From: Synechococcales cyanobacterium RM1_1_8
GTDB taxonomy: Bacteria > Cyanobacteriota > Cyanobacteriia > PCC-9006 > JAAUQQ01
Reading direction: 5' to 3'
DNA length: 24,684 nt
NCBI GenBank assembly: GCA_012032745.1
Contig: JAAUQQ010000025.1
Span: 1 to 24,684, forward strand
The translations under genes and the position numbers were made by a program. Below, in pieces: positions 17,266 through 24,684 of this stretch (positions within the stretch are counted from its first letter, which is position 1; each line of letters opens with the position of its first letter). Below the pieces are notes generated by a model. It searched no databases. It was given only the letters and a program-made list of their open reading frames with translations, and was not told the DNA's origin.

Positions 17266-17289
17266 GGGAAATATTGCGGGAAATATTGC
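17266..17289. repeat. 12-bp tandem repeat gggaaatattgc x2 (plus partial third unit gggaaatta)
   Basis: Read directly; lies between the ABC ATPase gene and the AAA ATPase gene. Confidence 0.85.
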
Positions 17290-17369
17290 GGGAAATTACG
17301 GAGGGGGGTGGCGATCGCCAAGCAGCAGACTTGGGAGCGGATGGCGCGGTCTGTCAGCGAGATCTGCAA

Positions 17370-18917
17370 TCAGGCTCGAATGACCGTGATCTCTCGTCCA
17401 CCGGGACTCTGTTCAAGGTCGCTGCTCAACCGGGTCTCTAGCTCAGGCGCATCCGTTCTGCGATCAAAAATCACCAGCCAGCCAGATTCTTGATTCAATC
17501 GGGCTAAATATCCATCTAGCTGCGCGAGCCCCTGGCCCAACGGATCCCCTTTCCTGTCGCGCCACACCTTGAGTTCGATGCCCAAAGTCACCGTGCCATA
17601 GCGCAGGCAGAGATCCATGCGATCGCGTCCAATGGCATATTCCCGCTCTAGCGTTCCCCCGCCGTTGACGACGCGGTGCAAAAACGCCATCAGCACCAGA
17701 TGGGGGGCAATTTCGGGATAGGAGGCACTTTTGAGCAGCGGTTCTCCATGTTGTAGCCAAAACGCTAGGAATGCTTGCAGGAGTGCGGAGGTTTCCAGGT
17801 CTCCTGTGGGGGTGAGCCAGCTGGGGGCAATCTGGGGTAGGGAAGCCATGGGAGTGACGGTCAGTGCCCGAGGCAGTACCTCGCGGTAGATGGGGTTCGC
17901 GATCGCCAGTCCGCCTCTCGCATCCATGACGCAAAGGCCCAAATCAATCAAAAACTGAATGTCATCATTGGGAACGTTGCCCAGCTCCAGCCCCGCCAGG
18001 ATCGGTTCAATAATGGCTTTAACCCGAGGTTCGCGCAGGCGTTCTGCGAGGCTATCGAGGTGGGTGTCTTGCCGTTTGATCAAGATTTCTTTGGCGGTTT
18101 GAAAGTGCTCGGGCGTGATGGAGATCGCTTCATCAGTGACTAGCTCTTCGACGATTTCTTTGGCGAGGGCATTGACGAGCCAGGGCTGGCCTTGGGTGAG
18201 TTCAAAGGCCAGTTCTGCGGCTTCTGGAGTGAAAATTTGGCCGGTTGCTGCGGTGTGCTGTTGATAGAGTTCTGCGACTTCTTCGGCGTTGAAATTGCGG
18301 AGGGTGAGCGATCGCACTTTGATGTTGAAAGGGCTGGATGTGTTTAATCGCTCACTGCCGCCGGATGCAACTTTGTAGTCCCGCACATCTCGCAGACCAA
18401 TTAAGCCAACGGACTGGGGAAAGGCGGTGGGTCGATTGGGATGGCCATCGCGAAGCTGCCGTAGCACCGACAGTAGCGCCTGGTCCTGAAGCGAATCGAT
18501 TTCGTCGATAAACAATACCAGGGGACGGGGGGACGATTTTGCCCATTGGTAGAGGGCACGGCTAATTTGTTGGCCCGGTTCTGATGGTGGCCAAGGGGGA
18601 GGTTGCAGTTCTGGGGCCAGTCGCACAGATACGGATTGCCGCCAAGCACCTAGGATTGCCGCTTCTGCCCCGGCAATGTCGTTGCTGAAGGATGCGCCGA
18701 TTTCTGCTGAGAGCATGACCGCAGTATATTCGCCACTTTCGGTGAGCTGTTGCGCGAGGGCCAGCATGGCGGTGGTTTTGCCGACTTGCCGGGGGGCGTG
18801 GATGACGAAGTAGTTTTGCTGGGCAATCAGTCGCTCCAGGTTGGGTAGGCGGCGGGTGGCCGGGAGCATGTAGTGGATGTCGCTGCGGCAGGGGCCTGCG
18901 GTGTTGAACCATTGCAT
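17370..18917 (-). CDS. AAA ATPase with C-terminal PD-(D/E)XK-like nuclease domain
   Basis: FNTAGPCRSDIHYMLPATRRL, Walker A APRQVGKTTAMLAL, Walker B PLVLFIDEIDSL, C-terminal GRDRMDLCLRYGTVTLGIELKVWRDRKGDPLGQGLAQLDGYLARL (D..ELK..Q..Y). Confidence 0.8.
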   Translation of the reverse strand: MQWFNTAGPCRSDIHYMLPATRRLPNLERLIAQQNYFVIHAPRQVGKTTAMLALAQQLTESGEYTAVMLSAEIGASFSNDIAGAEAAILGAWRQSVSVRLAPELQPPPWPPSEPGQQISRALYQWAKSSPRPLVLFIDEIDSLQDQALLSVLRQLRDGHPNRPTAFPQSVGLIGLRDVRDYKVASGGSERLNTSSPFNIKVRSLTLRNFNAEEVAELYQQHTAATGQIFTPEAAELAFELTQGQPWLVNALAKEIVEELVTDEAISITPEHFQTAKEILIKRQDTHLDSLAERLREPRVKAIIEPILAGLELGNVPNDDIQFLIDLGLCVMDARGGLAIANPIYREVLPRALTVTPMASLPQIAPSWLTPTGDLETSALLQAFLAFWLQHGEPLLKSASYPEIAPHLVLMAFLHRVVNGGGTLEREYAIGRDRMDLCLRYGTVTLGIELKVWRDRKGDPLGQGLAQLDGYLARLNQESGWLVIFDRRTDAPELETRLSSDLEQSPGGREITVIRA

Positions 18918-19156
18918 GGTGGGTGGCCGTTGGGGAGGTTGAGGTGGGTGGGTTGAGTTTTGGTGGATGGGTTGGGTTGCTGATGTTTGAGTTTAGCTTG
19001 GGGGTTGGGTTGGGTGTTGGAAGAGCGAGCGGGGGGTGTGGAAGGTTTGGTAGAAGTCTCGGTAGGATAGAGTTTCGGCGCACTGCATCATGAGCTGGAT
19101 TGCCTCCTCAGTTTTTAAGGCCATGTGAGATTCCCCCGAAGTAGTAGACAGTGAAC

Positions 19157-19996
19157 TCAAGCTGCGACAGGCTGACTTAGAGAGAGCCAGTAGTCCTCTT
19201 CAAATTGAACAGGGGAGAGAAATCCAATCGTTGAATGAATTCGTTGCCGATTATAGAAAACCTCAATCCACTCAGAGATCGCGGTCTTCGCTTCAGCATG
19301 ATCAGCAAAAGTCATCCGATGAATAAACTCCATCTTAATCGTACCAAAGAAACTCTCTGCAACTGCATTATCCCAGCAATTAGCACGACGACTCATGCTG
19401 CCTTGAATTCCTGCATTTTGCAATGCAATCTGATAGTCATTACTCGCATATTGACTCCCTCGGTCAGAATGAAATATCAATCCCTGAGATGAGGCTTGAC
19501 GCTGCCCTAAAGCGGCCTCTAATGCCGTCAACACCAACTCGGTTCGCATGTGGTCTGCCATCGACCAGCCCACCACTCGGCGAGAAAACAGGTCAATGAT
19601 CACCGCCAAGTATAACCAGCCTTCTCCCGTCCAAATGTAGGTCATGTCAGCCACCCACACTCGATCCGGTTCAGTGGTCTTAAATTCCCGATTCAACAGA
19701 TTGTCGGAGATTGGGAAAGAATGCTCAGAATCAGTGGTGGCCTTGAATTTACGCTTCGGACGGGCGCGAAGTTCAAGCTCGGCCATCAGGCGGGCCACCC
19801 GGTTGAGACCCACCTCAAAGCCTCGCTCCAACAAGGCTTCATGCATCCGGGGAGAGCCATAGGTACCTCGACTCGCCTCGAAGATTTCAACAATCTGCTC
19901 AGACAAAATCTGATTCTCCCTTGCTCGTGGGGAGCTATTACGCTTACACCAGGCGTAATAGCCACTGCGGGTTAAATTCAACACACGACACATCAA
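19157..19996 (-). CDS. IS3-family transposase OrfB (DDE integrase core), N-terminus probably frameshifted
   Basis: MCRVLNLTRSGYYAW, DRVWVADMTYIWTGEGWLYLAVIIDLFSRRVVGW, LIFHSDRGSQYAS, NCWDNAVAESFFGTIKMEF. Confidence 0.95.
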   Translation of the reverse strand: MMCRVLNLTRSGYYAWCKRNSSPRARENQILSEQIVEIFEASRGTYGSPRMHEALLERGFEVGLNRVARLMAELELRARPKRKFKATTDSEHSFPISDNLLNREFKTTEPDRVWVADMTYIWTGEGWLYLAVIIDLFSRRVVGWSMADHMRTELVLTALEAALGQRQASSQGLIFHSDRGSQYASNDYQIALQNAGIQGSMSRRANCWDNAVAESFFGTIKMEFIHRMTFADHAEAKTAISEWIEVFYNRQRIHSTIGFLSPVQFEEDYWLSLSQPVAA

Positions 19997-20027
19997 ATTG
20001 ATTGGAAATTGACCTTCTCCGCATGGA

Positions 20028-20354
20028 TTAGCTCGTAGGGTCGGAGCTTTCCCTTGCGAAGAAGGTCGCTGCTTTTTTTAGGAAGTCACGCTCCATTTTT
20101 ACGCGTTTGAGTTCACGTCGCAGCATCAAGAGCTCTTGTTGTTCTGCACTCGTTAATTCACCCTCTATTCTGGGTTGTGCGTCAATCTGAGATTGCTTGA
20201 CCCATTTGCGCAGAGCACTTTCGGTCAATCCCATCTCCTTAGCAACCTGGCTGACTGGCTTGCCAGATTGCTTCACAATGTTGACGGCTTCGGCTTTCTG
20301 CTCGTCCGTAAATAGGCGGCGTGGTTTTTTCGTCATTTGAACATTCTCCTTCAT
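20028..20354 (-). CDS. IS3-family transposase OrfA (HTH)
   Basis: KKPRRLFTDEQKAEAVNIVKQSGKPVSQVAKEMGLTESALRKWVKQSQ...ERDFLKKAATFFARE, with C TAA AAA AAG poly-A slippery region. Confidence 0.95.
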   Translation of the reverse strand: MKENVQMTKKPRRLFTDEQKAEAVNIVKQSGKPVSQVAKEMGLTESALRKWVKQSQIDAQPRIEGELTSAEQQELLMLRRELKRVKMERDFLKKAATFFARESSDPTS

Positions 20355-20454
20355 TTCGACTCATTTGGAATGTCAACTTTTTCGGGGGAATGTCACCCCT
20401 CCACTGCCCCTGTGCTTCTCCCAACTCATAGGAGCCAAAACCCAAAATCCCCGC

Positions 20455-21303
20455 CTACTCAGCCTGACGCAAGGCTTGGACCTCCGCTAGGCTCAGGCCC
20501 GTGGTTTGACTGATGGTGGTGTCATCCAGGAGATTGAGCAATTCCTGGGCAATGCGGCGTTGGGCCTGGCGATCGCCCTGCTCAATCCCCTGACGCAAAG
20601 CCAGCCTCACCGCATTGCGCTGGTCATGGATAAACATCTCCCGCTGCTCCAGGTCTTCTAATTCCTCGGGGGTCAAATTCGCCTGGCTGGCCAGCTCAAA
20701 CGCCTGGCGCAGGGCCGGAACCTCCCCAAAGCTGCCAGGAACCTCCTGTAGTTGTTTGGCGTTTTTGAGGAAAAACAGCCACTGTTCAGCCAGACCAGTC
20801 ACTGCCTCAATCGCGCGCTCAAACTTGGGCAGTTCAACAAAAATCAACTCCAAATCATGGGTGGGATAATCGAAGAGAAAGTCCTTTTCCTTGAGAATGA
20901 AGCTGGAGCGATAGCTCTCCAGCTCCTCGAACATGACAAAATCCGTAATCGTCAGGGCAATCACTGGATTGAGTAGGCGATAGTCATCGCCGCTGCCGAG
21001 CTGGGTGGAATAGGCTTTGGCGGCGTTGTAGAGGATACGCTTTTCAAAACCCTCAATGTTGAGCACCTGCATTTCAATGATCACGCTGGTGCCATCCGCC
21101 AGTTGGGCTTTGACATCCAGGTAGCTGTCCTTCATGCCCCGCACCCGAGGTGCTTGGTAGGGGTTGAGGATTTCTAGGCTCTGGATGGTGGATTCGCCCT
21201 CGTAGATCAGGCCATTGAGAAAGCTAATCAGAACGGTCTGGCTCTGGGGGGAGCCAAAGATCTTTTTGAAGGCAAAGTCGGTCTTGGGGTTGATAAACCG
21301 CAT
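20455..21303 (-). CDS. Rpn family recombination-promoting nuclease / PD-(D/E)XK nuclease family transposase
   Basis: MRFINPKTDFAFKKIFGSPQSQTVLISFLNGLI, DVKAQLADGTSVIIEMQVLNIEGFEKRILYNAAKAYSTQLGSGDDY (D..E.Q) and C-terminal GIEQG.RQAQRRIAQELL. Confidence 0.85.
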   Translation of the reverse strand: MRFINPKTDFAFKKIFGSPQSQTVLISFLNGLIYEGESTIQSLEILNPYQAPRVRGMKDSYLDVKAQLADGTSVIIEMQVLNIEGFEKRILYNAAKAYSTQLGSGDDYRLLNPVIALTITDFVMFEELESYRSSFILKEKDFLFDYPTHDLELIFVELPKFERAIEAVTGLAEQWLFFLKNAKQLQEVPGSFGEVPALRQAFELASQANLTPEELEDLEQREMFIHDQRNAVRLALRQGIEQGDRQAQRRIAQELLNLLDDTTISQTTGLSLAEVQALRQAE

Positions 21304-21609
21304 GGGGGGATGGGGCTCGCCAGTTCAGTCTTATTCTAAGTCCTCTATTCAGGGGCTGCTGTGGCCCGGTGCCATGGGCCGCAAGACCGCATCGGGCAGA
21401 GGGGATGGCCCAGGAGCGCACTTTTGACACTCCCCATAGCTTGCAAGATCGGGCGGGAAATTGACACAGAGATCGATCTGGGAGCTGTTCAGTGAATCAT
21501 CTTGGGAATCCCAACGGATTAGATTGTATCTATAGGAAATTCCTCCCATCTCCACCCCCGCTCGGCGTTTTCCTCCCTGCCACTTCTGTCTCCCAGCGCC
21601 CAGAGCGCT

Positions 21610-22389
21610 GTGCTGCCGCCCCTTCCAGAGCTACCCCCACCAGCCCATATGCTATTCAACTTCACCAACTTGCCCTACTGGATTTTGCTCGTCGCGGGGA
21701 CGCTGCTGTTTCTGCTGGTGATTGGCACTGGCGGAGGCGAGGATGATGTGGAGCTGGACAGCGATGTTGATGCGGATTTGGATATGGATCTTGATGCAGA
21801 GGCCAATCTCTCTGCGGTCGAATCCGAGTTTGATGCAGAACTGGATGGAGAGGGGGAGTTCAGCCTGGGCGCGATGCTGGGCTGGCTGGGCATTGGTAAG
21901 GCACCGCTGCTGTTGCTGCTGGCCATTGACCTGAGCACTTGGGGGCTGGTGGGCTGGATGTTCAATGTTTTGGCAGGTGGGCTGTTAGGCTCGATACCTA
22001 CGGGGGCTGTGGGCGGCTTGGTGTTGGGGGGCTCCTTTGGGATTGCCCTGGCCACGGGCAGCGCCCTTTCCCACCCCATCGGCAAAATTTTTGCCGCCTT
22101 TGGTGAGGATGCCAGTGACGATCGCCTAGTGGGCTGCGTAGGCCGCGTCTCTTCGGCGCGACTGCCCTCGGTGCGCAGCCAGCAAATTGGCCAGATCGAT
22201 GTGCTAGATCGCGCTCGTAATTTGGTGACAATTAGTGCCTGCCTGCCAGACTGGGCAGCGGTTCCAGCCCAGCGTGGAGATGAGGTCTTGGTGATTGAGC
22301 GGTTGGCGCGAGGATATTTGGTAATTGTCAAAGTGGGGGAGGATTATGAGACCTGGTTGAACGCTCAGCAGAATAGTGGAGACCCCTAG
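21610..22389 (+). CDS. OB-fold-containing membrane protein (NfeD/YqiJ-like), flotillin partner
   Basis: N-terminal and internal TM segments, C-terminal region with GCVGRVSSARLPSVRSQQIGQIDVLDRARNLVTISACLPDWAAVPAQRGDEVLVIERLARGYLVIVKV; directly upstream of flotillin. Confidence 0.7.
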   Translation: MLPPLPELPPPAHMLFNFTNLPYWILLVAGTLLFLLVIGTGGGEDDVELDSDVDADLDMDLDAEANLSAVESEFDAELDGEGEFSLGAMLGWLGIGKAPLLLLLAIDLSTWGLVGWMFNVLAGGLLGSIPTGAVGGLVLGGSFGIALATGSALSHPIGKIFAAFGEDASDDRLVGCVGRVSSARLPSVRSQQIGQIDVLDRARNLVTISACLPDWAAVPAQRGDEVLVIERLARGYLVIVKVGEDYETWLNAQQNSGDP

Positions 22390-22489
22390 GATGAGGTTTT
22401 AATCTCGATTTATGAGTGGTATATTCGCTCCATTTTCAAGTTTTATATTGGTTCAAGTTTGTAGCCTGTTTCATTGAGGAAAATCTGCT

Positions 22490-24684
22490 ATGTTTTGGCT
22501 TACTTTTATCCAAACGTTGCCCGCGATCGCCCCCCCCCAGCCCATCGCCCAAGCCGCAACTCCAGATCCCGCATTGAGCCCCAACTCAACCCCCATCCCA
22601 AATGAATCATTGGCCTTACGACCCGTTGAAACCCAGGCCCTTGCCCAAGTTACCGCCCTGGAGCAAGTCGGCGGTCTGGGAGGCCCAGCCTTTGTTTTCC
22701 CTGGCATTGTGATTGCGCTGATCGTCCTGTTGTTGATGAGCATTTGGGGCTATACCAGGGTCTATGTAATCACCCCCAACAACGAAGCCTTTGTGCGCAC
22801 GGGGGGTGTGTTCATCAAGCGAAAAATGGTAATTCTCAATGGGGGCTGCATTGTCTTGCCCGGTTTCCATGAGCTGACCCGCGTTCCCCTGCGGGAGATT
22901 TCCATTGATGTGGAACGCACAGATAAGCTAGCGGTGCGCACCCAGGACTATCTGCGGGCCAACATGCGGGTCACGTTCTATGTCTGCATCAGTGCTTCGG
23001 AGGACGATGTATTGACCGCTGCGGCTCGCCTCTCCGCTGATGGCACAATCACACCGACCAACATCAAAAATGCGCTGGAAAAACGAGCCGATGATGCAAT
23101 TCGGGCTGCGGCAAAAACCAAGCGGTTGACCGAGATTGATTCCGACAAATTGGGCTTTGCCCAGGAGGTTTTGAACCTCATGGAGCAGGATTTGAAAAGG
23201 TGGGGCTGACGCTCAATAACATTGCCATTTCTGAAATCGAAGAAAGCAATAGCTATGATTCAGACAACTTTTTTGATGCCCAGGGCGTGCGGCTGCGTAC
23301 GGAGACGATTCAGAAGTCCATCCAGCAAAAACGTGAAGTGGAGCTGCTGACCCAAGTCAAGATCGAGACCCAGGAACTGGATGCGGAGCGTCAAACCCTG
23401 ACCATCACCAAGAACAAGGAAGAGGCACGCCTGGACCAGCAGCTAGAACTAGAATCACTCAAGGCCCAGCGGGGACGGGAGGTGCAAGAGGCCAAAGCCC
23501 GTGAATATGCCGCCGCAGAGCAGACCCGCATTCTCCAGGAAAAAGCGGTTGAGGAGGAAGAGATTCGCCGCAAGCTGAGCGTGCAGCAGAGTCAGATTGC
23601 AGCGGATATTAACCTGGAGGAGCGCCAAAAAGCCCTCAAGGTGGCCCAAGCCCTCCAGCGCCAGGAGTCGGAAGCGGCGGAGATCAATCGTCAACGCGCC
23701 ATTGAGGAAGCGGAGATCCAACGTCGGCTGTCGGTACAACAGGCCCAGGTGGATGCAGACATTGACTTGGAAGAGCGCCAGAAGCAGTTAAAAGTGGCCC
23801 AGGCCCTCCAGCAGCAGGAAGCAGAAGTGGCGGAAGTGGCTCGCAAGAAATCGGTGGAAGCGGCTCAGTTTGCTTCCCAGGTGGAGCTGGCCGAGGCAGA
23901 GCGAGCGTCGAAGGTGGCGAAGGAAGATGCCGCGATCGCCATCGCACAACGGGAGCGAGATCGCTTCAGCGCCGAAGCCGAACGTGCCCAAGCCCAGGAA
24001 GGAGTTGCCACTGCAACTTCTGTCGAGCAGGCCCAGCGCCAGTTACGCTTGGCAGCGATTGAGGCAGAGCGTGAGGCGGAGAGCCAGCGCATCGCCGACA
24101 ACAATGTGGTTGAGATCGAAGTCTTCCGCCGCCGTCGCCAAGCAGAAATCGCCCAGCAGGCCGCTGAGCTGGAGGCCGAAGCGCTGCGCACCCTGGCCAA
24201 TGCGGAGCGCGATCGCGCCCTGGCAGAAGCCGAAGGCATCCAAGCCAAGGTAATTGCCAGAAATGCGATTAGCAATGCCAACCTGAGTGCCGATGTGGTG
24301 ACCCAGATTTGGCCGGAGCTGTCCGAGAAACTGCCGGAAATGCTCAGAGCTTTGGCTCCCCAGCCGGGGGTGATTGGCGATGCCAGGGTTTATTCCTTTC
24401 CTGGGGTGAACGGGGGAAGCAATGGAGGAAGTAGCGGGGGAGGCGGCAATGGCTCGACTGGCCCAGGGGATATCAACAAACTATTGCTCTCGACCAGCGG
24501 TTTGGCCTTGATCAATTCCTTACTGGAAGAGGGCAAGCTGGGGGCGCTGCTGGGTCAGGTTGGCCAGATGGTGCGGGGAAACTCAGCGGCGGACGCGACA
24601 GGTTCAGTTGTTGGGCAAACTGACGACCGGACTGCAAAGCCAGTGGGGGAGACGATGAAGCTACCGGAATTGGAAGAGCTGTAA
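22490..24684 (+). pseudogene. Flotillin / SPFH-domain protein split by a -1 frameshift at ~23200
   Basis: 22490-23209: TM plus YVITPNNEAFVRTGGVFIKRKMVILNGGCIVLPGFHELTRVPLREISIDVERT...; 23200-24684 continues GLTLNNIAISEIEESNSYDSDNFFDAQGVRLRTETIQKSIQ and a Glu/Ala-rich coiled coil. Confidence 0.8.
23548..23853 (+). repeat. Two tandem 51-codon repeats inside the flotillin coiled coil
   Basis: VEEEEIRRKLSVQQSQIAADINLEERQKALKVAQALQRQESEAAE... (23548-23700) and IEEAEIQRRLSVQQAQVDADIDLEERQKQLKVAQALQQQEAEVAE... (23701-23853). Confidence 0.85.

Larger units (their letters stand above)
19126..20395 (-). mobile_element. IS3-family insertion sequence
   Basis: Terminal inverted repeats: left TGAGATTCCCCCGAAGTAGTAGACA (19126-19150), right reverse complement TGACATTCCCCCGAAAAAGTTGACA (20395-20371), 21/25 identical; encloses orfA/orfB. 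Confidence 0.9.

Noticed and set aside
18920-19060. G/T-rich stretch (ggttgggt-like motifs) as a structured repeat, and the 18562..19083 minus ORF
   Set aside because: Low-complexity without regular period; the ORF is Pro/Thr/His-rich shadow coding.
19121-20400. Target-site duplication for the IS3 element
   Set aside because: Flanks ccatg and cccct do not match, so no TSD is claimed.
23190-23209. Programmed -1 ribosomal frameshifting in flotillin
   Set aside because: The local sequence in frame is ttg aaa agg tgg, lacking a canonical X XXY YYZ heptamer such as A AAA AAG; a missing base in the G run is simpler.
1-24684. CRISPR array or cas genes
   Set aside because: No regularly spaced direct repeats; the tandem repeats seen (20 bp x2, 12 bp x2) have no spacers.
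1-24684. tRNA or rRNA genes
   Set aside because: Scanning intergenic regions by eye I found no convincing cloverleaf or rRNA signature; a tRNAscan-SE run would be decisive.

Overview
Cyanobacterial chromosomal window (dense HIP1-type GCGATCGC sites; cyanobacteria-typical gene content). The flanks are housekeeping-like: NYN-domain protein, metG, mtnA, a zinc-ribbon membrane protein, a CCB-like cytochrome b6f cofactor-assembly protein, TerB-like protein, thioredoxin-like protein, NIL-domain ferredoxin, and an OB-fold membrane protein plus flotillin pair. About 10.3-21.3 kb is accessory and holds the most interesting signals. (1) A type II restriction-modification pair (10409-12285) is bracketed by a ~244-bp near-perfect direct duplication of the 3' end of the upstream ABC-class ATPase gene. 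(2) An HNH-less IscB-family (IsrB-like) RuvC nuclease (12991-14121, minus) has a highly structured upstream omegaRNA-like region (about 14130-14336) whose nested and long-range stems can be read by eye, plus a candidate right-end hairpin. (3) There is an IS1 insA remnant, a complete IS3-family element (19126-20395), an Rpn/PD-(D/E)XK family protein, and an AAA ATPase fused to a PD-(D/E)XK-like C-terminus. At least three conserved coding regions (ABC ATPase, IS3 orfB, flotillin) each appear broken by one missing base in a short homopolymer, and the NIL ferredoxin has an in-frame TGA just before its second 4Fe-4S motif. These could be real decay or assembly error and need read-level checking. 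A 122-bp dispersed repeat occurs twice, and each copy supplies the stop codon of a neighbouring gene. The RNA-guided IsrB-like element and the R-M long target duplication match known concepts; I do not see clear evidence of a wholly new system. All product names come from reading motifs, with no database search.
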